From Planctomycetota bacterium (GTDB lineage Bacteria; Planctomycetota; Phycisphaerae; UBA1845; Fen-1342), in contig JBDRDH010000032.1 of assembly GCA_043820985.1 (NCBI GenBank), positions 4,480 through 68,479 on the forward strand: a stretch of 64,000 bases of DNA. Direction: 5' to 3'. The notes beneath the pieces are model-generated. The model was not told the origin of the DNA. It did no database searches and saw nothing but the letters and a program-made list of their open reading frames with translations. Position numbers and translations under genes: made by a program. Shown one piece after another: positions 43,394-51,783 of the stretch; the first letter of the stretch is position 1; each line of letters opens with the position of its first letter.

Positions 43394-44032
43394 ATGTCTG
43401 TTAGAGCATATCAGTGGTTAACGCGTGGCGGTGGTGTTGTCGGCCTGGTATTAGTGCCGCTGCTGGTGATTACTGGTTGCGCGCGGCAGGGCGAAATGGT
43501 TCTTCACCAGCCATTCGCAGCCCCCAGCCAAAAACATATGCAACTGACTGGCAACTGGACTTACGAAGCCAGCGCGAGCGAGAGGCGAACGTGTTTGCTG
43601 GCTTTTCCACTGCCACACATGGTGGATGGGCCGCGCGATTTCATGTTTTACCTGTCGATGCCGGGCGGCGATGGGGAGTTCGCGGTCGCCACAGGCGCGG
43701 CTGGTGGCGCGGACGGCTTTTTTATCCAGGCGGTGGGTGATTTGCAGGGCAAAGCCACATTTACAGCGGGGACGGTCGCGGTGCGGGGCGTGTGGTATAA
43801 ACGGGGCGTGCGGCGGCTGGATCTGGCGTTGCAATGTGACGATGGCAGCGAGATTGAAGGTCGTGTATATCTACGAACAGGACCCGACGAGATACGCACC
43901 TTTGAGCGCCGTCATGCCGCAGACATTGCTTTGTTGCACCCCACCGCATCCCAGCCGGCAGACGGTGGAGAAGTAACCGATTCGCGTTTATCGGGCAGGC
44001 CTGACCGGTTGAAAACCGGTCCCACAGAGTGA
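43394..44032 (+). CDS. hypothetical lipoprotein
   Basis: Lipobox LLVITGC. The last 9 codons and the stop lie inside a REP family-A unit. Confidence 0.55.
   Translation: MSVRAYQWLTRGGGVVGLVLVPLLVITGCARQGEMVLHQPFAAPSQKHMQLTGNWTYEASASERRTCLLAFPLPHMVDGPRDFMFYLSMPGGDGEFAVATGAAGGADGFFIQAVGDLQGKATFTAGTVAVRGVWYKRGVRRLDLALQCDDGSEIEGRVYLRTGPDEIRTFERRHAADIALLHPTASQPADGGEVTDSRLSGRPDRLKTGPTE
44003..44027 (+). repeat. REP-like hairpin unit, family A
   Basis: GACCGGTTGAAAACCGGTCCCACAG (stem GACCGGTT/AACCGGTC). Overlaps the 3' end of the lipoprotein ORF. Confidence 0.75.
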
Positions 44033-44118
44033 AACGCACTTCAAATGGGGGGCGAGGCAATGGTCTAGCGCCAATTGGGCGAATTGGACCAATTGTCTGC
44101 ACAAATATCCCCATATAG

Positions 44119-44147
44119 TTGACATAAAATGGTCCTTTGGTGATAAT
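44119..44147 (+). promoter_or_regulatory. sigma70-like promoter for the MocR-family regulator
   Basis: TTGACA, 17 nt, GATAAT. About 25 nt downstream are a GGAG and the ATG at 44173. Confidence 0.55.
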
Positions 44148-44172
44148 TGGATAGGTGGGTGGAGACTGGGTG

Positions 44173-45693
44173 ATGGATCAAGCCGGCATACATATAGATC
44201 CGGAGCGTGGGGAGCCCATTTACCGCCAAATCTATCAGCAGATTGTCGAGCGTATTCGGGCGGGGCACTATCCGGCGGGTCATCGCTTGCCGCCGACGCG
44301 GGAGTTGGCGCGCGAGTTGTCAACCAACCGCAACACGGTGGTACGGGCCTTTGATGAGTTGGAAGCATCGGGTCTGGTGCACTCGGAGGTGGGGCGTGGG
44401 ACGTTTGTATCCGAGCAGCCGCGGACGGTGCGGCCGGTGGAAGCCGCCGGTCGACCGGAGTTGCCGTGGAACTCGCTGGTTTCGCGCGTGGCGGATGCTG
44501 AGCCGCTGGGGCGGCTGGATCGTTTTGTGCGCTGGTTGCACGCTGGAGACCTGATCAATCTGGCGGGGATGTATCCCTCGGCGGAGCTATTGCCGGCGGA
44601 TCCGCTGAGGCACTGCATCGATCATGTGTTACGCGAGCATGGCGCGAGTATTCTGGGTTATGCGCCGCGCCAGGGAGTGCCGCGGCTGCGCGCGCAGGTG
44701 GCGGAACGGCTGCGGCAGGAACAAATCATGGTGACACAGGATGATGTGGTGATCACCACGGGCAGTCAGCAGGCTCTGGACCTGATCGCCCGGGCCCTGA
44801 TAGATCCGGGCGACACGCTGTTCGTGGATGAATACACCTATCCGGGCGCTCTGAATGCTTTTGCGACGGCTGGCGGACGGATAATCGGCGTGGCCAGTGA
44901 CGATCAGGGTCCCAACATGTCGGCCTTGCGACGGCTGGCGCGTGATGGCGCGAAGGGTTTCTATCTGATGCCGGACTGTGTGAATCCGACGGGAGCCAGC
45001 ATCAGCGCGGCGCGGCGCAAGGAGTTAATCAACTGGTCGCACGAGGCGGCGATTCCGTTGATCGAGGATGACTATGGGGCGGATCTGGATTTGAATGGCG
45101 GGCCGCGACCGATTGCCCTGCGGGCCATGGATCCGGAAGTTTTGTATGTGGGAACTTTCAGTAAGCGCCTGATACCAGCGCTGCGGGTTGGATATCTGAT
45201 TTGTCCACCGGCGTTACGCCAGCGGATCATCGCGTTGAAGCATGGTCTGGATCTGGGCACGTCGGCCTTGTTGCAGCATGCCCTGGCGGAATTCATCGCG
45301 CGCGGCTACCTGCGGACGCATTTGCGGCGGACCTTACCGGCGTATCGCGCGCGGCGGGATGCGTTGCTGACGGCGTTGCGCCAGCACCTGCCGCCGGAGG
45401 TCCGTTGGGAAAAGCCCTCGCGAGGTTTGTTTGTATGGCTGGAGCTGCCGACCGGTGATGATCCCGAGTTGGTGTTTGAGGAGGCCCAGCGGCAGGGTGT
45501 GCTGATTTCGCCGGGCACCTTGCACAGCGTGCATGTTCCCGCCAAATGCGGTTTGCGGTTGACATTTTGCGCCGAGCCGCCTGATCGGTTGGTGGAGGGG
45601 GCGCGCCGATTGGGTGTGGCACTGAAGGCAATCCTGGATCGGCGACGAGGTGCCATGACACTCCCGACGCCGCCAGCAATAGACGGCGTGTAG
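44173..45693 (+). CDS. MocR/PdxR-family regulator (GntR-type wHTH fused to a fold-type-I aminotransferase-like domain)
   Basis: IYRQIYQQIVERIRAGHYPAGHRLPPTRELARELSTNRNTVVRAFDELE wHTH, and the PLP-lysine context GTFSKRLIPALRVGY. Confidence 0.85.
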   Translation: MDQAGIHIDPERGEPIYRQIYQQIVERIRAGHYPAGHRLPPTRELARELSTNRNTVVRAFDELEASGLVHSEVGRGTFVSEQPRTVRPVEAAGRPELPWNSLVSRVADAEPLGRLDRFVRWLHAGDLINLAGMYPSAELLPADPLRHCIDHVLREHGASILGYAPRQGVPRLRAQVAERLRQEQIMVTQDDVVITTGSQQALDLIARALIDPGDTLFVDEYTYPGALNAFATAGGRIIGVASDDQGPNMSALRRLARDGAKGFYLMPDCVNPTGASISAARRKELINWSHEAAIPLIEDDYGADLDLNGGPRPIALRAMDPEVLYVGTFSKRLIPALRVGYLICPPALRQRIIALKHGLDLGTSALLQHALAEFIARGYLRTHLRRTLPAYRARRDALLTALRQHLPPEVRWEKPSRGLFVWLELPTGDDPELVFEEAQRQGVLISPGTLHSVHVPAKCGLRLTFCAEPPDRLVEGARRLGVALKAILDRRRGAMTLPTPPAIDGV

Positions 45694-45850
45694 GCATCGG
45701 ACAGTACTCATTTGGAACCGAACAAGTTAAGTTGTCTCTTAATCAGGAGACGTTACGATGACCAAATCAGCCTCGATCGGCTCCGTAAATCGGTATGGCG
45801 ATATAGTAGAACCGCTACCGCCGCGGCATCGCGGTGGTGGGGAGGTACAC

Positions 45851-46876
45851 ATGACCAAAGCGGACTTGGATTGGGCGAAACTGGCCTTTGGTTACTACAA
45901 GACTGATGTGAACATTCGATATACTTGGCGGAATGGATCGTGGAGTAAGGGTGTACTCTCGGAGGAGGAGACCATTCCGTTACATATTGCCGCCACTTGT
46001 CTGCACTATGGTCAACAGTGTTTCGAGGGTTTGAAGGCCTACGAGACGAAGAAGGGCGATGTGGTGATCTTCCGCGTGGAGGAGAATGCCAGGCGCATCG
46101 CGCGTTCGTGTCGGAAGATCTACATGGAGCCGGTGCCGGAGGATTTGTTCATCGAGGCGGTGTTCAAGGTGATCAACGCCAATCGCAGGTTTGTTCCGCC
46201 GCATGGTACCGGGGCGAGTCTGTATATCCGGCCGCTGGTGTTGGGGACGGGTCCCCAAGTCGGGGTGAAGCCGGCTGGTGAGTATATGTTCCTGGTATTC
46301 GTGACGCCGGTCGGTCCGTATTTCAAGACGGGCTTCAAGCCGGTGCATTTGATTGTGGAGGATGTGGTTGATCGGGCGGCCCCGCATGGCGTGGGTGATG
46401 TCAAGGTAGGTGGTAATTACGCGGCCGGTTTGCGCGCCACCATGCCGGCGAAGGAAAAAGGTTTCACCGAGGTGTTGTACCTGGACGCCAAGGAAAAGCG
46501 GTATATCGATGAATCCGGGCCGGCGAATTTCTTTGGGATTACCAAGGAAGGTCGCTATGTAACTCCGGATAGCGAGTCGATTCTGCCGTCGATCACCAAC
46601 AAATCGCTCATCACCCTGGCGGAAGGCATGGGTCTGCGGCCGGAGCGGCGCGTGGTTGATGTCGAGGAGATATTCGACTTTCAGGAAGCGGGCTGCTGTG
46701 GGACGGCGGCGGTGATCACGCCAGTAGGTTCGATCACCTGGCACGATCGCAAGGTGGTGTACTCTCCTGATGATCAGCCGGGGCGTTATTGCACCGAGCT
46801 TTACAACCAACTGACGGCGATTCAATGCGGTGATGCACCGGATAAATATGGTTGGATTCGGCCGGTGCCACTATAG
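45851..46876 (+). CDS. ilvE: branched-chain-amino-acid aminotransferase (fold type IV)
   Basis: ATG at 45851 preceded by GGAGG. Motifs YGQQCFEGLKAY, ASLYIRP, GDVKVGGNYAA and GTAAVITPV. Confidence 0.85.
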   Translation: MTKADLDWAKLAFGYYKTDVNIRYTWRNGSWSKGVLSEEETIPLHIAATCLHYGQQCFEGLKAYETKKGDVVIFRVEENARRIARSCRKIYMEPVPEDLFIEAVFKVINANRRFVPPHGTGASLYIRPLVLGTGPQVGVKPAGEYMFLVFVTPVGPYFKTGFKPVHLIVEDVVDRAAPHGVGDVKVGGNYAAGLRATMPAKEKGFTEVLYLDAKEKRYIDESGPANFFGITKEGRYVTPDSESILPSITNKSLITLAEGMGLRPERRVVDVEEIFDFQEAGCCGTAAVITPVGSITWHDRKVVYSPDDQPGRYCTELYNQLTAIQCGDAPDKYGWIRPVPL

Positions 46877-47170
46877 AGATTACCAGATTCCTGATACATG
46901 TCTGAGCGGGCCACCTGAGTCAATCTCAGGGGGAGAGGGATTATTGCACGTAGACGATCTGGGGGATCGGGTGAATCCCCAGCCGCGGTAACAGGTCTTT
47001 GGTGTCGTGTGGAGGGCCAGTCCGCGCTATTTCGGAGGAATATCGGACGGGGGGGGCGAATCTCACTCAGACATTTCGGCTCTTATTTTAACGGAGGATC
47101 TCTCGTGACGATGGCCTAGACATGGAAAGCCGAGGATGCGTTTACCACAGTCAAGGAAAAGGACCAGGCA

Positions 47171-47677
47171 GTGGCTCCGGCCGGTTTGAATGAATTCGAG
47201 TTGGGAGTGTCGGAACCTGCCCCGGATGTTCTGTCGGGCAACTGGTCCACGCCGAAGAGTCCGGTTCTTGAGTACGCCGCGCGGGAAACCAGGGCAGTTG
47301 GCGAACAATGCCGCCTGGGACGCGCGTTCCGCTGGCTGACGCGACCGCGGCGCATCGCGGTACTGATGATTAGTATCTGGGTGTTGAGTGCGGCCGACCT
47401 GGCCTTCACGCTCCAGGAGGCCGATTCACTTTACTTCACCGAGATGAATCCGATCGCGGCCCGGCTCCTGGATAGTCCGGCGCATGCGCTGGTGCTCTAC
47501 AAGCTAACCCTATTAATGACGGGCACGGTGATTCTGACCTTTTTGTGGCGACATACGGTGGCCGAATTGGCTTGCTGGTTCCTGCTGGCGTCCTGTTTCT
47601 ATGTGGCGGTGCGCTGGTACGCCTATTATGAAGGGTTGTGGGGCTTCGATTCGCAGGTGTTTCATACACCGATGTAA
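47171..47677 (+). CDS. small polytopic membrane protein (DUF5658-like)
   Basis: GTG start. Has three to four hydrophobic helices (e.g. IAVLMISIWVLSAADLAFTL). Family recognition is weak. Confidence 0.5.
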   Translation: MAPAGLNEFELGVSEPAPDVLSGNWSTPKSPVLEYAARETRAVGEQCRLGRAFRWLTRPRRIAVLMISIWVLSAADLAFTLQEADSLYFTEMNPIAARLLDSPAHALVLYKLTLLMTGTVILTFLWRHTVAELACWFLLASCFYVAVRWYAYYEGLWGFDSQVFHTPM

Positions 47678-47706
47678 GCGCGACGGGGGCTTCGCTTGCT
47701 CTTTTA

Positions 47707-48025
47707 GGGTCCGTGACACTATCGGCGGGGCTGATCAGAGCCCCAAGCGCCAGCGCGGGGTCTTCGTGGACAGACAGTTGGTCTTCGGACCCGCTCGCTT
47801 GCGCTCGGGGCTCGGATTGGGGGGCGCTGGCTGGCGCTGCGCGTTCGGATAGGGAGGGGACGGCCGACATCCCGACAAATCGGGACAGGCTCCGTTGGCC
47901 GCTACTGGCTCACAGCCGAGACGGCTATGTTACCCTGAAGCTCGGGGCTCGGATCATGTGCCCGACGCGGGCAATATCATGCTCCACTTCGCTGATTCGC
48001 GAGTCGTCGATAGTGTCACGGACCC
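47707..48025. mobile_element. MITE-like non-coding element bounded by an 18-bp perfect inverted repeat
   Basis: GGGTCCGTGACACTATCG at 47707-47724 is the exact reverse complement of 48008-48025. The interior is a mosaic of short hairpins. TCTTTTA / TCTTTTTA direct repeats flank it. Confidence 0.55.
47907..47934. repeat. REP-like hairpin unit, family C
   Basis: GGCTCACAGCCGAGACGGCTATGTTACC matches 35567-35594 at 25/28 positions. Confidence 0.7.
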
Positions 48026-48141
48026 GATCTTTTTAGTATCGGCTTGATCCGCGCGCGGTGGCGGACGGGATCATTTATACTACGCGGTCCTGAAATAGCC
48101 GGCAGCCAGATGGCCACCGGTGGAGATGGGAGGCGCAGGCG

Positions 48142-49500
48142 ATGGCAATCACCGAAGCCGCGGATACGACGGCGGCATTCATACAACCGAAGCCCTGGAT
48201 ACGCTGGGGAGCCGTTGTGTTGGCGGTTCTGGGGTGGTATGCGTCGCTACAAATGCTGCGCGTCTCGGCGGGCGGGAGTGACACCAGCGGGCCGTTCATG
48301 CGGGCGGTATGTGGTGGCAGTGACGAGGCTGGCCGCCCCGATGGCTGCACGTCGGTGTTGACGTCGCCACAGGCTTATGTACCGCTGAGCAGTGAGCCGG
48401 GCGCGCCGCGGATGCCGGTGTCGGCTTTGGGGATGGGGTATTTTGCGTTTGTGGCGCTGTGGTATCTATTTGTCGGGCCGCCAACGCGCGCGGGACGTTA
48501 TTGGCATGTGATCATTGTGCTGGTTGTGTTGTATGGCGCATATAGCTCGCTGGACTACATACGCATGATGGCGTTTGAGTTGCAACGTTGGTGTGGCGGC
48601 TGTCTGTTTGCCCATGCGGTGAATGGCGGCCTGCTCATTCTGACTTTGTGGGCGTGGCCCTGGCGGCGATCGGTGGCGACAGTGGCACCGCATCCTTCGG
48701 GGCGTCTGGCGGTGGCGACGATCGCGGCGGGCGGGCTGGCATGTGCCATTCATCTGACACTGGTGTTGGTGTTTATCACGGGATCGATTCTCCAGGAACG
48801 CACCAACCAATATGCAAAGGTGCTTAACGATCCGGAGTTTATTCTATGGGACTTTGAACGGCAGCCGGTGGTATCACTGCCAATGCGTGAGGATGAGCCG
48901 CTGGCGGGTTTGCCGACGGCGGCGAACACGGTGGTTTTGTTTAGTGATTTTCAGTGTGAGCATTGCCGGACGGCGCATGAGATGGTGGCGCGGGTACTGG
49001 AGAAATACCCTGACAGGCTGCGCGCGGCGTACCGTTACTATCCGCAGGATCCGGCGTGTAATGCGGAACAGAAGTTCCGGGTGGGAGGACATGCCTCGGG
49101 TTGTCGCGCGGCGCGGGCCGCGGAAGCGGTGCGGTTAGTGGGTGGACCGGAAGCCTGCGCGCGCATGCGGCGACTGCTTTACGAGCGGCAGCGAGAATTG
49201 CCCCAACGGGTGCTGGCCCGGCAGAGCGAGGAGCAGCGGGGCTTGTTCGAGGAGTGGGCGTTTGAGTTGGGAGTTGAGCGCAGCGCGTTTATCGCCGCGT
49301 TTGAGTCGGCGGAGGTTGCGGCGCGGGTGCAGGCTGATATCGAATTGGCGAACGAGTTGGGCATTTCCGCGATGCCGGTGGTTTATCTGAATGGCAAGCG
49401 TCTGCGTAACTGGAGCAAGCCGGAGACTTGGGATGCGCTGTTGGGCGGTGCAGGTGAAACCAGCACTCAGCCGACGGTAACCGGGCCGACGATGCCATAA
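48142..49500 (+). CDS. VKOR-family membrane oxidoreductase fused to a DsbA/thioredoxin-like domain
   Basis: GGGAGG SD. Loop cysteines VCGG...GCTS and membrane CXXC (WCGGCLFAHA) of the VKOR type. C-terminal thioredoxin-fold CXXC (FSDFQCEHCR). Confidence 0.8.
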   Translation: MAITEAADTTAAFIQPKPWIRWGAVVLAVLGWYASLQMLRVSAGGSDTSGPFMRAVCGGSDEAGRPDGCTSVLTSPQAYVPLSSEPGAPRMPVSALGMGYFAFVALWYLFVGPPTRAGRYWHVIIVLVVLYGAYSSLDYIRMMAFELQRWCGGCLFAHAVNGGLLILTLWAWPWRRSVATVAPHPSGRLAVATIAAGGLACAIHLTLVLVFITGSILQERTNQYAKVLNDPEFILWDFERQPVVSLPMREDEPLAGLPTAANTVVLFSDFQCEHCRTAHEMVARVLEKYPDRLRAAYRYYPQDPACNAEQKFRVGGHASGCRAARAAEAVRLVGGPEACARMRRLLYERQRELPQRVLARQSEEQRGLFEEWAFELGVERSAFIAAFESAEVAARVQADIELANELGISAMPVVYLNGKRLRNWSKPETWDALLGGAGETSTQPTVTGPTMP

Positions 49501-49530
49501 TTGCGCCAGTTTAGAGAGGCGCGCTGGCGA

Positions 49531-50340
49531 TCAGGAGCCGGATTTAATGGGGGCCAGGCTTTGGGCGGGGCCCTGGCGGGTGAGGAAGATTTCCACCCGG
49601 CGGTTACGGGTGCGATCCTGGGAGACGGGGCGATATTGACCGTAGCCCATGACGCCCATGCGTTTGGCGGGCAAGCCGGCCTTGATCAGTACATCCTTGA
49701 CGGCAATGGAACGATGCACCGAGAGGTGCCAGTTAGAGGGGTGTTTGGCCAGCGTTTCCGGTTTCTTGATGGGGGTTTCATCGGTGTGGCCGACGATGAT
49801 GGCTTCGTAATCGGCCGGAAGGCGCGAGGCGATTTGGGCGAACTCATGCAGGGCGGCGTGGGCATCGGCGCGGACTTCATCACTGCCGGATTCGAAAAGT
49901 TGGTCGTTGGCGAAGCTGATGGCGCCGCGGTCGCGTTCGTATATAACGCGTTGCGCGAATTTCCGGGCGAATTGCTGGAGGGCCTGATCGATGTTGTCAG
50001 GCAGGGGTGAGGCCGGCACCTGTGGTCGTTCGAGGGTGCCGCTGGCCTGTTTTTTGATCAGGGCGTGTAATTGCTGGTTGTCGCGCTGCAACTGTTCGTT
50101 GTGCTGTCGCAGGTTATTCACCTCGGCACGCGTCGCGTGTTGCCCCGACTGGCCCTGTTGCATCTGTTGGGTCAGGGCCGCCACCTTGGCGCGCTGATCG
50201 GCCAGTTCCTGCTGGCAGGAGTCGCGTTCGGTGGTCACCTTTTGTAAATCGAGTTCGACTTTCTGATGCTGATCAGGAGCGACACAGGCCGAGAGGCTGA
50301 TCACGAGGGTCAGGGTCATACCGAGAGCAAGCCGGCGCAT
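49531..50340 (-). CDS. OmpA/MotB-domain lipoprotein with a coiled-coil linker
   Basis: Lipobox VISLSAC, a Q-rich coiled coil, and a C-terminal peptidoglycan-binding signature IVGHTDETPI...NRRVEIFL. Confidence 0.8.
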   Translation of the reverse strand: MRRLALGMTLTLVISLSACVAPDQHQKVELDLQKVTTERDSCQQELADQRAKVAALTQQMQQGQSGQHATRAEVNNLRQHNEQLQRDNQQLHALIKKQASGTLERPQVPASPLPDNIDQALQQFARKFAQRVIYERDRGAISFANDQLFESGSDEVRADAHAALHEFAQIASRLPADYEAIIVGHTDETPIKKPETLAKHPSNWHLSVHRSIAVKDVLIKAGLPAKRMGVMGYGQYRPVSQDRTRNRRVEIFLTRQGPAQSLAPIKSGS

Positions 50341-50396
50341 AACAATCCTCCCTCCGGAGTAGTGGTTTTAAGATCGATATCGGACGAATCCAGTTG

Positions 50397-51278
50397 TCAG
50401 CCACGGCGCGGAGTCATGGCCCGGCCGACGAACCAGCCAATCAACACAGATAAGATCACCACTACAGCGGCGCCGCCGAGAAAGAAAAAGAAATTATCCG
50501 ACAGCAAGCGGGCGTAATCCGGCAGGTAGTTCTGCAGGACGCCACCCACGACCGAACCCGCGACAGCCAGTAGTATCAGGGCGCCGACCAGCAAGCCGGA
50601 GAAGATGCTTTCGGAGGGGTCGCCGGTGGGTGCGAAAACGGGCGCCAGGGCCTCGCCGGCATCGGCCTGTTCGAACTCATCTTGGGGCTCTTCCTCGGCC
50701 TGGGTGTCAGCTTCTTCCTTGGTTTCTTCCTCGGCCGCTTCTTCCTCGCCGGGATATATTTCGTCGAGCAGTTCGGCGGCGCCGAGTGAGGTGTCATCGG
50801 ATTCGCGGGTCAGATCCAACAGGCCGGAGCCACTGCCCGAGCTTTCGAGCGAGACCTGGTCGTCGATCGCGCTGGTGGTGATTTGGGTTTTGGCCATCGG
50901 GTCGGCGTCGATTTCCAACTCATCGTCGTCGAAGACGCCAATGCCGCTGGCGGTGATGACGGTGTCCTCTTTTTCCTCGGGCTCTTCCTCAATGGGTTCG
51001 AGGCCGATGACGCTGGTACCGCCGGAGGAAATGGATGGCATTTTGCCCTCGGGGGTAACGGGAGGTTCCTCGGCGGGTTCGAGCATGATATCGGAGGTAT
51101 CTTCCGAACTGGGGATGGGTCCGCCAGTGAGTTTTTCTACGTCTTCGGCTTTGAAGAAGATTTTACCGGCGTCGCGGAACTCGCGGAGCGTGCCCGCGCG
51201 AACCAGTGTTTTGATTTCATTGGGGGTCTTGCCGAGCAATTCGGAGACTTCTTCCATCGAATAGAACGGCTTGGCCAT
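50397..51278 (-). CDS. membrane-anchored protein with an N-terminal excisionase/MerR-type HTH and a long acidic linker
   Basis: YSMEEVSELLGKTPNEIKTLVRAGTLREF HTH, a D/E-rich region of about 150 aa, and two C-terminal TM helices. Confidence 0.6.
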   Translation of the reverse strand: MAKPFYSMEEVSELLGKTPNEIKTLVRAGTLREFRDAGKIFFKAEDVEKLTGGPIPSSEDTSDIMLEPAEEPPVTPEGKMPSISSGGTSVIGLEPIEEEPEEKEDTVITASGIGVFDDDELEIDADPMAKTQITTSAIDDQVSLESSGSGSGLLDLTRESDDTSLGAAELLDEIYPGEEEAAEEETKEEADTQAEEEPQDEFEQADAGEALAPVFAPTGDPSESIFSGLLVGALILLAVAGSVVGGVLQNYLPDYARLLSDNFFFFLGGAAVVVILSVLIGWFVGRAMTPRRG

Positions 51279-51318
51279 GCGGCGCTCCTATTTGGTTATC
51301 GCGTGCTCACTCATCCAG

Positions 51319-51783
51319 CTAATCACCATCCGAGGGCGGCGCATCCTCATCCGTAGTTTCGGCTGGCGCGGTGCGTCCGTCCATCTGGGCCCGTTGTTCC
51401 GCGACAAGTTTCTGGACCATGCGGAAGTCGGGCTGGGCACAGTTGAAGTCTTGCAGGTAGCGATCATAGATCCAGGTGCGGGCGGCGATCAAGCGCAGCT
51501 TGCGCGACCCGCCCACGGTCTCCAACTCATAGCACCAAATAGTACCCTGATCCACGTCCAGCATAAACAGGCCGTAATGGTTCCGATCCAAAGGACCGGT
51601 GAAGGCGAAGACGCCCCGGGCGCCGACCAGGGGCTGGTTCTGGGCGTGGGCGCTGGGCAGGAGTTCGCCGGTGGGTCGGATCCAGAGGGCGGTGGCAATT
51701 ATGGCCAGTAGGATGGCGATGATCCAATATACCGTGTTTGAGGCGGCGGAGGGGCTGATTCGGGCATGTTCGAGTGGAGACAT
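51319..51783 (-). CDS. hypothetical single-pass membrane protein
   Basis: 154-aa ORF with TM helix VYWIIAILLAIIATALWI. It is co-oriented with, and 40 nt upstream of, the HTH-anchor gene. Confidence 0.5.
   Translation of the reverse strand: MSPLEHARISPSAASNTVYWIIAILLAIIATALWIRPTGELLPSAHAQNQPLVGARGVFAFTGPLDRNHYGLFMLDVDQGTIWCYELETVGGSRKLRLIAARTWIYDRYLQDFNCAQPDFRMVQKLVAEQRAQMDGRTAPAETTDEDAPPSDGD

Noticed and set aside
45980-46825. 281-aa ORF on the minus strand.
   Set aside because: It is antisense to the branched-chain aminotransferase gene.
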